64,000 nt of DNA from an uncultured Pseudomonadota bacterium (GTDB taxonomy: Bacteria; Pseudomonadota; Alphaproteobacteria; Caulobacterales; Caulobacteraceae). The notes below the pieces were generated by a model that did no database searches, was not told the DNA's origin, and was given only the letters and a program-made list of their open reading frames with translations. The DNA lies in contig CAVXOD010000003.1 of NCBI GenBank assembly GCA_963763385.1, positions 66,270 to 130,269 of the forward strand. Direction: 5' to 3'. The first letter of the stretch is position 1; each line of letters begins with the position of its first letter. The position numbers were made by a program, and so were the translations under genes. Shown here piece by piece: positions 38,240-48,613 of the stretch.

Positions 38240-40803
38240 CTAGCTCGGCGCCTCCTCGAGCGGGAGCTTTAGAGCTTCCTCTTCGCTCAGCTTCGCGCCT
38301 GCCGCCATCCAGGCGTCCAGCTCGTCCGGCGCGGCCGCTTGGCTGAGGGCTTCTCGCAGCGGCGCGGGATCCGGATAATACCCGCCCTGGCCCAAGGAAC
38401 TGACGGCGGCGTTCGCATAGGCCAACAGCATCGCAGCCTCGCGCAGGCGTCCCTGGTTGAACGCGACTTTCGCCATGGCCCCGCAGGCGTAGGACCTGCC
38501 GACGCCCGGTGAGAGCAGCCGATAATAGCGGCGGTAGACGTCCATCGCCTCATCGAGATCGCTCGGCCCGCCGCAATCGGCGAGGGCGAAAAGTAGGAAA
38601 TCGGCGGCCCAGCTCATCGTCAGGTCGGCAAACACCTCGCCCGGCTTCACCCGCGCCAGACGGGCGCGATGGAAGTCGGCGGTGGCCGTCGGCGTCATTC
38701 GCGCCACCACGGGCAAGTCCTGCTCCTCTAAATTGGCGAAGCCGTCAGCGCCGAAGGCGCGCAGGTCGGCGATCGCTTCGCGCATGAGCCGGACTGCGGC
38801 GTCCTGGGCGCCGTCGGCGTAGCGAAGCATCGCGGCCAACCCCTTGCTCTGCGAGTGCGTTCGGCCGATCGGCAGCGTCTCCATGACGTGCATCGACTCC
38901 TTGGCCAGCTCAACCGCTTCGGCGCCGCGGTTCATGGAAAAGAGCGACCAACCTTTCGCGTTTAGAGCGCGCGCAAGCTCGCGCGGTTCGCCCAGTTCGC
39001 GCGCCGCTTCGATCGCCTCGTCGACCACATCCAGCGCCTGCACCGGTGTGGTCATCGTCAGCGCCGTGGCCTTCGCGCACAAGAACCGCGCCCGCATCGG
39101 GAGCGGCGTTGACGCATCGACGTGCGGCCTCGCCCGCTGGAGCAAGCCGAGGTAGGCGCCGTAGAGCGTTTGGCAGGCCCAGATACCTTCGCCGAAGGCG
39201 ATGATGGCGACGCCGAGTTGCGGGTCGCCGTTAGGCCCGAAGCACCAATCGAGCGCTCGTTCGAGGTTGTCGGTCTCACAGAAGCATCGGGCGGCGAGAA
39301 CGTCATCCGAGACGTGGCCGTTGAAGTCAGCCCCCGCCGCGCGCGCGAACGCCGCGAACCACTCGGCGTGCCTGCGTTGAATGTTGTGGGTCTCGCCCGC
39401 GGCGTCCAGCTTCTCCAGCGCGTAGGCGCGGGTGGTCTCCAACAGGCGGTAGCGCAGGCGCGCCGCGCCGGGGTCGGTCGCCACGAGGGACTTGGCGACC
39501 AGGCTCGAGATGGCGTCGACAACATCGAGGCGGTCGAGGTCCTCGCCGCACGCCACCTCCGACGCGGCTTCGAGGGTGAAACCGCCGGAGAAAGCCCCAA
39601 GCCGGCGGAAGACGGCGGCGTCGCGCTCGTCGAGGAGACCGTGGCTCCAGTCAAGTGTGGCGGCGAGGGTGCGCTGGCGCGGCAGGGCGGTGCGGCGGCC
39701 GCCGGTAAGCAGGCGGAAGCGGTCGTCAAGCCGATCGAGCACGCCCTCGCAGCCGAGCGCGGGGCGCGCGCCGCCGCCATCTCGATCGCCAGCGGGATGC
39801 CGTCGAGCCGGGTGCAGATCGCCGCGACAGCCGCCTCATCCTGTGGGCGGACGGCGAAGCCGGCTTCGGCGGAGCACGCGCGCTCTGCGAAGAGGGTTGC
39901 GGCGTCGACCTCCGCCAGTGAGCGCAGGCGGTACACCTGCTCCCCCTCGACGCCGAGCGGCTCCTGCGAACTGGCGAGCAACTTGATCCCACTCGAGGCC
40001 TCAAGGATCGCCTCGGCGAAGGCGGCGGCCGCGTCGATGACGTGTTCGCAGTTGTCGAGCAGGATCAGGCAGCGGCGCAGACGCAGGCGGTCGACGAGCG
40101 CCTCGAGTGCTCCCTGCCCGGCCGGAAGCTCGACGGCCATGGCGCGAGCGATCGCGGCCGGGACCTGATCGCCCACGGTCACCGGAGCGAGCTCGATCAG
40201 CCAGGCCCCCTCCTCGTACCGACCCACTGTTTGCCGGGCGACCTCAAGCGCAAGCCGCGTCTTGCCGACCCCCCCAGGGCCCGTCAGCGTCACCAGGTCG
40301 GCGCGGGCGAGCAGCGCTTCGAGCGCTTGAAGGTCCGCTTCCCGCCCGACGAGGCTGGGCAGGCGCTTGGGCAGATTGCCGGTCTCCACCTGCGTGGCGG
40401 CGGTCGATCCTGCTTGTGGATCGGCGAGAACCAGCCGGTAGCCGACCTTGGTGATGGTCACCAGCTTGAATGCATCCACGCCGATGCCTTCGCTCAGGCG
40501 TCTCACCCCGCCGATCACTCGGGTGAGGGCGTCCTCGCCGACGATCACGCCATGCCAGCACGAGGCCAGCAGGTCGTCCCGCGTCAGGATCTGGCCCTCC
40601 GCCCGCAGCAGGGCCACCAGCACCTGCATCGCCCGCGGCTCGATGACCTGTTCGCGGCCGTCGTCGTGGACGACCTGGCGCAAGGCCGGCGTGACGGTGA
40701 GCGCACCCACGCGCATTGGCGCCTGGACGGCCAGAATGATCGGTTCGAGATTGCGGTCGCGGTGAGACCGCCTGTCGGCCGATGTGTTGTCCGCTCCGAT
40801 CAT
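38240..40803 (-). CDS. Winged-helix/NB-ARC-like ATPase/TPR transcriptional regulator (frameshift near 39765)
   Basis: EPRAMQVL..L wHTH; GPGGVGKT Walker A; LDNCEH, LDGIPLAIE and RQRTL.ATLDWS motifs. Confidence 0.88.
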
Positions 40804-40932
40804 GCGAGCCGTCGACGCCCCACACCCAGAGAAGAACTCCATCATAAGCGGTGAACCTCGCAGAATGTCGATCCCTGGCGATGTCCCGCCCGACGATGAC
40901 CTGTGGGTCTGTCGGGCGGGACTGCGCCGCAC

Positions 40933-41298
40933 CTAACGCCCTCCGGCGGCGAACTGGCCGCCGGATTGGCCGCGACCGCCGTGCAGGGCGGTGACCATCG
41001 GGTTGTCCAGCCTGGCGACAGCCCGGTCGACGGCGGCGATCACGCACGGGTTCGGGCGCGGGGACGCCCACACCGACCCTTCGGGGACGCCGCAGACATC
41101 CTCGGCGGCGACACGGATGCGCAGGAGCACGCGTCTGGCGCCCTGTTCGCTATGAAGGTCGAGCCCGCCCAAGGACACGGCCTCGGCGTTCAGCTCCGGG
41201 TTCGACGGCGGGGTGTAGACGGGCGACGCGCTAACGCCGGTGGCGAGGCCAGCGGTCGTCAGGGCGGCGACCATCATCAATGCGGTCTTGGCAGACAT
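40933..41298 (-). CDS. UrcA family secreted protein
   Basis: Signal peptide; VS..GLDL.SEQG...L.RI..AA..VC...C...AV..AV pattern. Confidence 0.8.
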   Translation of the reverse strand: MSAKTALMMVAALTTAGLATGVSASPVYTPPSNPELNAEAVSLGGLDLHSEQGARRVLLRIRVAAEDVCGVPEGSVWASPRPNPCVIAAVDRAVARLDNPMVTALHGGRGQSGGQFAAGGR

Positions 41299-41478
41299 GT
41301 TGTTTGCTCTCGGGTTCTGGCGGCGCGGGGTTGCGCCGGACAGGCCGCAAGAGGCACCCGATCGCCGCCGCCCGACAGGACAGCGATCCGATGTTCTGCC
41401 GACAAAATCCCGATGGGCGTCTTATCTCAGGCAGCGTCGAAGCCGCCGACTTGGCCATCTCAACGTCCGCTTTCCCCC

Positions 41479-43075
41479 GAGGCTGTGTGAAAACGCGGTG
41501 TGAGTTAGAATCCTGAAGCAACTGCTTCGGGGCTCAGGATGAAGCGCTTCGTCGAGGGTGAGGATCGTCGGCAGGGTGTGCTGCTGCCGGAGTTCCTGGA
41601 CGACTACGTGTCGGAGGAGAACCCGGTGCGGGTGATCGAGGCGTTCGTCGAGGCGCTCGATCTGGGGGCGCTAGGGTTCGAGGGCGTGGTTCCGGAGGCG
41701 ACGGGCCGCCCCGGCTACCATCCGGGCCTGCTGCTGAGGATCTACGTCTACGGCTACATCAACCAGGTGGCCTCGAGCCGGAAGCTGGAGCGTGAGGCGC
41801 AGCGCAACGTCGAGCTGATGTGGCTGACCGGGCGATTGGCGCCGGACTTCAAGACCATCGCCGACTTCCGCAAGGACAACGGCCCGGCGATCCGGGCTAC
41901 CTGCCGGCGGTTCGTCGACCTGTGCCGGCGGCTGGAGCTGTTCAGCCAGGCGCTGGCGGCGATCGATGGCAGCAAGTTCAAGGCGGTGAACGGGCGCGAC
42001 AGGAACTACACCCGGGCCAAGCTGCAGAAGCGGATGGATCAGGTGGAGGCCAGCATCGCGCGCTACATGGCGGCGATGGAGACGGCCGACCGCCAGGAGG
42101 GCGAACTGGCGCAGGCCAGGTCGGGCCGGCTGAAGGAGAAGATCGCCCAGCTTCGCGAGCAGATGGCGGCGTTCAAAGCGATCGAGCCAGTGGTGGAAGC
42201 CGCGCCGGACCAGCAGCTCTCGCTGAGCGACCCCGACGCGCGCTCGATGGCCACGAGCGGCAAGGGCACGGGCGTGGTGGGCTACAATGTCCAGACGGCC
42301 GTCGATGCTGAGCATCACCTGATCGTGGCGCACGAGGTGACCAACGCCGGCAACGACCGGGCCCAGCTGGCGAAGATGGCCGGCGAGGCCAAGGCGGCGA
42401 TGGGCGCCGACGCGCTCGAGGTGCTGGCCGACCGCGGCTACTTCAGCGGTCAGGAGGTGCTGGCCTGCGAGCGGCTGGGCGTGACGCCCCTCGTGCCCAA
42501 GCCGCTGACCTCGGGCGCCAAGGCCAGGGGCCGCTTCGGCAAGCAGGACTTCGTCTACCGCCCGGACGAGGACGTCTACCGCTGCCCCGCCGGCCAGGCC
42601 CTGACCCGCCGCTTCACCGCGCTCGAAGAGGGCATGAACATCCACATCTACTGGACCTCCAACTGCGCCGGCTGCCCGCTGAAGGACCGCTGCACCAGCG
42701 GCAAGGAGCGACGCATCCGGCGCTGGGAGCACGAGGGCGTCATCGACGCCATGCAGGCCCGGCTCGACGCCAGGCCGGACGCCATGCGCATCCGCCGCGC
42801 CACCGTCGAGCACCCCTTCGGCACGCTCAAGGCCTGGATGGGCGCCACCCACTTCAAGATGCGGACCCTCGACAAGGTCCGAACCGAGATGAGCCTCCAG
42901 GTCCTCGCCTACAATCTGAAGCGGGTGATCGCGATCCTCGGCCCCAAGCCCCTCATGGCCGCAATGCGGGCCTGAGCGGACGCACTCTGCTTGTGCCGAT
43001 GGCTCACGCCCAACAAGCGAGAGCGCCGCGCCGAGCCCGCGAGAAGACCCTCAGATCACGTTCTCACACAGCCTG
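41479..43075 (+). mobile_element. IS1182 family element
   Basis: IRs GAGGCTGTGTGAAAACG / CGTTCTCACACAGCCTG; CCCCC direct repeats at 41474-78 and 43076-80. Confidence 0.92.
41539..42975 (+). CDS. IS1182 transposase
   Basis: GRPGYHP, SSRKLE, PDFKTIADFR, IDGSK, DPDAR, GYNVQ, ADRGY and VEHPFG motifs. Confidence 0.96.
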   Translation: MKRFVEGEDRRQGVLLPEFLDDYVSEENPVRVIEAFVEALDLGALGFEGVVPEATGRPGYHPGLLLRIYVYGYINQVASSRKLEREAQRNVELMWLTGRLAPDFKTIADFRKDNGPAIRATCRRFVDLCRRLELFSQALAAIDGSKFKAVNGRDRNYTRAKLQKRMDQVEASIARYMAAMETADRQEGELAQARSGRLKEKIAQLREQMAAFKAIEPVVEAAPDQQLSLSDPDARSMATSGKGTGVVGYNVQTAVDAEHHLIVAHEVTNAGNDRAQLAKMAGEAKAAMGADALEVLADRGYFSGQEVLACERLGVTPLVPKPLTSGAKARGRFGKQDFVYRPDEDVYRCPAGQALTRRFTALEEGMNIHIYWTSNCAGCPLKDRCTSGKERRIRRWEHEGVIDAMQARLDARPDAMRIRRATVEHPFGTLKAWMGATHFKMRTLDKVRTEMSLQVLAYNLKRVIAILGPKPLMAAMRA

Positions 43076-43152
43076 CCCCCATTGCTGCCGTTCGGAAGGT
43101 CCGCTTGTTGGCCGCTCAGTGGTTCATGGCCCTAGCGATATGAACGCGCGAC

Positions 43153-44238
43153 CTAGGCCCGCAGCCGCGTCGCCCCCAGCGCCACCGCCGCGAGCAAGGC
43201 CGCCACGGCCAGCAGCGCCACGGTGAGGCTGGTGGCGCCGGCCACCAGGCCGATCGCGGCGGGGCCGGCGAGGATGCCGGCGTAGCCCAGCACGGAGACG
43301 GCCGGCACGGCCTGGCTCTCCGGCATCGCGCTCTGGCGGCCGATCGCGGTGAACAGCGCCGGGACGATATTGGAGCAGCCGGCGCCGACCAGGGCGTATC
43401 CGCCCAGCGTGGCGCTCCAGCCGGGGCCCAGGGTCGCGAACGCGAGCCCGGCCGCGGCGAGCGCGGCGCCGGAGGCCACGGTGCGCCGCAGGCCGAGCCG
43501 CGTGACTAGCCGGTCGCCCAGCAGCCGCCCGCTGGTCATCGCCACGGCGAAAGCGGCGTAGCCAAGGCCTGCGCTGGCCGGGGCGACGCGGCGGACCGTG
43601 CGCAGGAAGACGGCGCTCCAATCCAGCGCCGCGCCTTCCGCCAGGAAGACGACGAAGCAGAACGCGCCGATCAGCAGCACCACGCCGCGCGGGAAGGCCG
43701 GCGGCGCAGCATGGTCCTCGGCCCGGCGCGCCATCAGGCCTGGCGCCGCGACGGCGGTGGCGACGGCCATCAGCGCCGCGACCGCGAGAGTCACGCCAAG
43801 CGGCGTGGCCGCCAGCGCGATCAGCCCGCTCGCGGCGCCGGCGCCGGCGAAACCACCTAGGCTGTAGAGCGCGTGGAAACCCGACATCATCGCCCGCCCG
43901 CCCTCGCGTTCGACGATGATCGCCTGGATGTTGATCACGCAGTCGAGCGAGCCGATGCCGACGCCGAACAGGAACAGCGCCGCGGCGAACGGCAGCGCCG
44001 GCGCAGCGGTCGCCAGCAGCGGGAAGACCAGGCAGGCCAGCGCCGTCGTCACCAGCAGCACCGGCCGGCAGCCGAGCCGGGCGGCGAGTGCGCCGGCCAG
44101 CGGCATGGCGACGATCGAACCGGCGCCCAGGCTCACCAGCAGCAGGCCGAGCGCGCCGTCGTCCGCGCCCAGCCGCTGCCGGGCGAACGGCACCAGCGGG
44201 GCCCAGGCGCCGGCGGCGAAGCCGATGACGAAGAACAT
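43153..44238 (-). CDS. MFS transporter
   Basis: Multiple TM segments; MSGFHALYSLG, EGAALDWS and GRLLGD motifs; start uncertain. Confidence 0.9.
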   Translation of the reverse strand: MFFVIGFAAGAWAPLVPFARQRLGADDGALGLLLVSLGAGSIVAMPLAGALAARLGCRPVLLVTTALACLVFPLLATAAPALPFAAALFLFGVGIGSLDCVINIQAIIVEREGGRAMMSGFHALYSLGGFAGAGAASGLIALAATPLGVTLAVAALMAVATAVAAPGLMARRAEDHAAPPAFPRGVVLLIGAFCFVVFLAEGAALDWSAVFLRTVRRVAPASAGLGYAAFAVAMTSGRLLGDRLVTRLGLRRTVASGAALAAAGLAFATLGPGWSATLGGYALVGAGCSNIVPALFTAIGRQSAMPESQAVPAVSVLGYAGILAGPAAIGLVAGATSLTVALLAVAALLAAVALGATRLRA

Positions 44239-44322
44239 GATCCGGGTGGCGAAGCGCGCACGCCCGCCGGTTTGCGGAACGGTGGTTTCGGCCTGCGGTG
44301 GCGCGGTCGGCTGAACCTCGGC

Positions 44323-47300
44323 CTACTCCGCCGCCGGCCGTTGCCGCGCGGCCCCGGCGGCGAGCGGATCGGCCGGCAGTTCCTTCGGGGTGATCAGCGG
44401 CGCCAGCAGCGGCATCAGCCAGCCCTCGAAGTCGTCGACGAACTCGTAGACCACCGGCACCAGGATCAGCGAGAGGGCGGTCGAGGTGATCAGGCCGCCG
44501 ATCACGGCGACCGCCATCGGCTGCCGAAACTCGGATCCTTCGCCGAGGCCCATCGCGGTCGGCAGCATGCCGGCCATCATGGCGAGCGTGGTCATGACGA
44601 TCGGCCGCGCGCGCTCGCGGCAGGCCTCCATCAGCGCCTCGTGCTGGCTGGCGCCTTCGCGCTCGCGCTCGATCGCGTATTCGACCAGCAGGATCGAGTT
44701 CTTGGCGGCGATGCCCATCAGCATGAACAGGCCGATCATCGAGGGGATCGACAGCTCCGAGCGCCAGAGCAGCAGCGCGACCATCGCGCCGGCGATGCTG
44801 AGCGGCAAGGCCGAGAGGATGGTGATCGGTTTGAAGAAGCTGCCGAACAGCAGCACCATCACGCCGTAGACGAGCCCGATGCCGGCCAGGATCGCGACGA
44901 CGAAGCCGCCGAACAGCTGGTTCTGCGCCTGCTGGTTGGAGAAGTTCTGCTCGTATTTCACGCCCGGCGGCAGGTGGTTCATGATCGGCAGGCGCTTGAT
45001 CTCGCTGTAGGCGTCGCTGAGCTTGGCGCCGTTGGTGAGGTCGGCCTGGACGATGATGTCGTCGCGGCGGTTGTAGCGGGTGATCTCCGCCGGCCCCGCC
45101 TGGAAATAGATGTCGGCGACGCTGCCAAGGGTGGTCAGTCCGCCGCTGACGGTCGGCACCCGCAGGTTTCTCAGCGTCGGCAGGTCGCTGCGGGCGCTGT
45201 CGGGCAGGCGCACCCGGATCGGGATGCGGCGGTCGCCGATGTCGAGCTTGGCGACGTTGGCGTCGATGTCGCCGACGGTGGCGATCCGCGCCACCTGGGC
45301 GAGGGTGTCGGAGCTGACGCCGAGCCGCGCGGCGTCGTCGGGCCGCGGCCGGATGATGATCTCCGGCGCGGGGGGCGAGGTGGCCCGGCGCGGATCGGCC
45401 AGGGTGCGCACGCCGGTGATCTGCCGCTGCAGATCCAGCGCCGCGCCGTCGAGGCCCTCGCCGGTGTCGCTCGACAAGGGGATCTGGACCGTCGAGCCGC
45501 CGAAGCCGGCCCCGGAGAACGTCACCCGGGCGTCGGGGATGGAGTGCAGCGAGGGGCGAAGGCGGTCGCGGATCTGCGGCACCTTGGCGCTGCGGTTGTG
45601 CTTCAGCACCGCGACGGCGACGCCGCTGGTCACGCCGGTCGAGGCGACCGACCCCGGACCGCCGTCGCCACTCTGGCCGATGGCGGTGAAGACGTGCTCG
45701 GTCTCGGGCTGCTGGCCGAGCAGGGTCGTCAGCTTGCCGAGGGCCTGGCGGGTGTCGTCGATGGTCGAGCCGGACGGCGTGTCGACGTCGATCTGGTAGT
45801 AGTTCGGATTGCCCTCCGGCTGCAGGCCCTTGGGCACGACCGCGATCGCCAGGAAGATGGAGAGGAAGAAGACGGCGCCGCCGAGGACCACCGAAAGGAT
45901 TCGGTGGCCAAGCGCCCATTCCAGCGACTTGACGTAGATGGAGGGCAGCGGCGCCCGCGGGCGCGCCGGCTTCGGCTTCAGGAAATAGGCGGCCAGCAGC
46001 GGCGTCAGCAGCCGCGCCACCACCAGCGAGAACAGCACCGCGACCGACACGGTGAGGCCGAACTCCTTGAAGAACTGGCCAGGTATGCCGGGCATGAACG
46101 AGACCGGCAGGAACACGACGATGATCGCCGAGGTGGTCGCGACCACCGCCAGCCCGATCTGGTCAGCGCCCTCCATCGCAGCCGCGTAGGGCCGCATGCC
46201 GGCGTGCACCCGTTTCTCGATGTTCTCGATCTCGACGATCGCGTCGTCGACCAGGATGCCGATCACCAGCGTGAGGGCCAGCAGCGAGACGAGGTCCAGG
46301 CTGAACCCGGCCAGCGCCATGAAGCCGAACGTCGGAATCAGCGACACCGGCATCGCCACCGCGGTCACCGCCGTGGCGCGCCAGTCGCGCAGGAACAGCC
46401 AGACCACCAGGGCGGCCAGCGCCATGCCCTCGAGCATCGTCTCGCGCGTGGCGGAGAAGCTGCCGCGGGTGGCGTCGACCTGGGAGACGATCTTGCGCAC
46501 GCAGATCTTGCCGCCCTTGGCCGGCACGCCGTTCGCGTCGCAGATCATGCCCTGCAGCGCCGCGTCGACGCCGTCCTCGGTGTGAACGTCGCTGGCTTCC
46601 TTGGTCTTGGTGACCTGGAAGGCGACCACCGGACGACCATCGAACTTGGCCTCTGAGCGCACCTCGGCGGTGCCGTCGCCAACGTCGGCGACGTCCGACA
46701 GCTTGACGAAGCGGCCGCCCGTCCCTGGCAGCGTCAGATTGCGGATCTGGTCGACATTGGTCGCCGCCCCCAGCACCCGCAGCGTCTGCTCGCGGCCGCC
46801 GACCTGGACCCGACCGCCGGCGGCGTCCAGGCTGACCGTGCTGAGCGCCTGGTTGATCTGCGGCGCCGTCACGCCCTGCGCCGCCATTCGCACCGGATCG
46901 ATGCTGACGTTGATCTCGCGGTCGACGCCGCCCACCCGCGAGACCTGGCCGACCCCTTCGACGCCCTGCAGCAGCCGCGCGATGTCGTTGTCGACCGCCC
47001 ACGACAGATCCGCGTCCGAGAGGCCGGAGCCGGCGGCGGGCGACACGGCGAAGGTGATGATCGGCTGGTCGTCGAAGTCGAACCTGGAGACCGTCGGCGG
47101 GTCGATCTCGCGCGGCAGCTGCGCGCGCACCGCGTCGAGCTTGGCGCGGACGTCGTCCGTCGCCTTGATCATGTTGGTGCCCAGGTTGAACTGGATCCGG
47201 GTCGAGGACACGCCCTGGCTGACGCTCGAGGCGACGTCCTGCACGTCGGTGATGCCGTAGACGGCGTCCTCGACCTGGCGGGTGACCTGGGTCTTCAGCT

Positions 47301-47490
47301 GCGACGGCGCAGCGCCGGACTGGGTGACCGTGATGATCACCACCGGGAACTCGACGTTCGGGAAGTTCTTGATCGGCAGCGTGAAGTAGGAGAGCAGGCC
47401 GGCGATCACCAGCGCGATGAACAGCACCGCGACGGGCGTCGGGTTGCGGATCGCCCACGCCGAGATGCGCAGCTGCTGGCTGGTGATCAT
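44323..47490 (-). CDS. RND efflux permease (AcrB/AcrD/AcrF family)
   Basis: GILVDDAIV, KNSILLV and RARPIVMTT motifs. Confidence 0.96.
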   Translation of the reverse strand: MITSQQLRISAWAIRNPTPVAVLFIALVIAGLLSYFTLPIKNFPNVEFPVVIITVTQSGAAPSQLKTQVTRQVEDAVYGITDVQDVASSVSQGVSSTRIQFNLGTNMIKATDDVRAKLDAVRAQLPREIDPPTVSRFDFDDQPIITFAVSPAAGSGLSDADLSWAVDNDIARLLQGVEGVGQVSRVGGVDREINVSIDPVRMAAQGVTAPQINQALSTVSLDAAGGRVQVGGREQTLRVLGAATNVDQIRNLTLPGTGGRFVKLSDVADVGDGTAEVRSEAKFDGRPVVAFQVTKTKEASDVHTEDGVDAALQGMICDANGVPAKGGKICVRKIVSQVDATRGSFSATRETMLEGMALAALVVWLFLRDWRATAVTAVAMPVSLIPTFGFMALAGFSLDLVSLLALTLVIGILVDDAIVEIENIEKRVHAGMRPYAAAMEGADQIGLAVVATTSAIIVVFLPVSFMPGIPGQFFKEFGLTVSVAVLFSLVVARLLTPLLAAYFLKPKPARPRAPLPSIYVKSLEWALGHRILSVVLGGAVFFLSIFLAIAVVPKGLQPEGNPNYYQIDVDTPSGSTIDDTRQALGKLTTLLGQQPETEHVFTAIGQSGDGGPGSVASTGVTSGVAVAVLKHNRSAKVPQIRDRLRPSLHSIPDARVTFSGAGFGGSTVQIPLSSDTGEGLDGAALDLQRQITGVRTLADPRRATSPPAPEIIIRPRPDDAARLGVSSDTLAQVARIATVGDIDANVAKLDIGDRRIPIRVRLPDSARSDLPTLRNLRVPTVSGGLTTLGSVADIYFQAGPAEITRYNRRDDIIVQADLTNGAKLSDAYSEIKRLPIMNHLPPGVKYEQNFSNQQAQNQLFGGFVVAILAGIGLVYGVMVLLFGSFFKPITILSALPLSIAGAMVALLLWRSELSIPSMIGLFMLMGIAAKNSILLVEYAIEREREGASQHEALMEACRERARPIVMTTLAMMAGMLPTAMGLGEGSEFRQPMAVAVIGGLITSTALSLILVPVVYEFVDDFEGWLMPLLAPLITPKELPADPLAAGAARQRPAAE

Positions 47491-48613
47491 GGCCCGGCGG
47501 CCTTCCCTGACCAGTCAGGCTTCACATAGTCCCCAGGCAGGATCTGGGAAGCGGCTTTCGCCACCACGACCGACCCTGGAGGCGGGCCCGTCTGCAACTC
47601 GACATAGCCGCCGCCGCGGTCGCCGGTGCGGACCGGAATCTGGCTCACCTTGCCGTCGGCCCCGACCACCATCACCGAGGCGCCGTTGGCGTCGTAGCGG
47701 ACCGCGGTCTCCGGCAGGGCCGGCACGGCGCGCGAGAGGTCGGTGAAGCTGGCGCGGGCGTAGCCGCCGGCGCGGATGTCGGCGCGGACCGGCAGGCTGA
47801 TACGCACCTTGCCGAGCCGCGTGTTGGCGTCGACCCGGGGGCTGACCAGCCGCACCACGCCCTCGGCCGCGCCGCCGTCGGCGAGGGTGACGGTCGCCTT
47901 CATGCCCGGCTTGATCTTGCCGAAATCGGCCTCGGCGACGTCGGCGTAGAGCTCGATCTCGCCGGCGTCGGCCATCACGAACCACGGATTGCCGGCGCCG
48001 GAGATGTCGCCGAGATTGACGTTGCGCTGCAGCACCAGACCGCTGACCGGCGCGCGCAGCACCATGTGGTCGAGCCGGGTCTGCATCTCGCGGACCGCGG
48101 CCGCCTGGGCGTTGGCGCCGGCCCTGGCGCTGGTCGCCGCGAACCGGCGGGCCTGCAAGCTGCTCCTCGGACAGCACGCCCTGGTTGTCGAGGTCGGCGA
48201 CCCGGGCGGCCTCGCGCGCCCGCTGGTCGGCGGCGACCTTCTGTTGCGGCGAGCACGGCTGTCTGCTGCTCGAGCTGGGCGCGGACGATCGAGCCGTCCA
48301 TCTCCGCGAGCGGTTCGCCGGCCTTCACCCAGGCGCCCTCGTCGACGTAGAGCCGGGCGACCCGGTAGCCGGTCAGGTCGGGGGTCACGGCCACCTGGTT
48401 GCGCGGGGTCAGCAGGCCCGAGGTGACGATGCCGCCGGCGATCGGGCGCAGCTCGATGCGCACCACGCTGACGGTCCGGGCCTGCTGCTGCCTGCCAGGC
48501 GCATTGGCGGCCGGCGCGTTGCACCCGGTCAGGTTCAGCGACGTCAGCGCCAGGCCAAGCGCGACCACGCCGGCGACTGTTGGTTTCGTCGTCGTCATCA
48601 CGCCCGATCTCAT
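47487..48613 (-). CDS. RND membrane-fusion protein (frameshifts at ~48160-48250)
   Basis: VDEGAWVKAGEPLA, LRAPVSG and SPRVD..TR motifs. Confidence 0.88.

Larger units (their letters stand above)
41462..43092 (+). repeat. Simple arm-spacer-arm site S13, split by IS1182; right end of the island
   Basis: Removing the IS and one CCCCC restores AACGTCCGCTTT-CCCCC-ATTGCTGCCGTT; a further arm AAGGTCCGCTT follows. Confidence 0.78.

Noticed and set aside
24816-43092. CRISPR array interpretation of the recurring repeat
   Set aside because: Intervals are 0.5-4 kb and gene-sized, the repeats are degenerate, and there are no cas genes.
24816-43092. Canonical integron/CALIN
   Set aside because: No intI in the window; the repeats lack RYYYAAC/GTTRRRY boxes and the long bulged attC hairpin; cassettes occur in both orientations. 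IntegronFinder would settle this formally.
24816-43092. Prophage, ICE or pdif module array
   Set aside because: No structural, conjugation or integrase genes. The arms do not resemble XerC/XerD boxes, and the sites are co-oriented rather than alternating.
43124-46656. Very long alternative-frame and antisense ORFs (e.g. 931 aa and 927 aa)
   Set aside because: Shadow ORFs typical of high-GC DNA; Arg/Pro/Gly-rich and overlapping well-supported genes.
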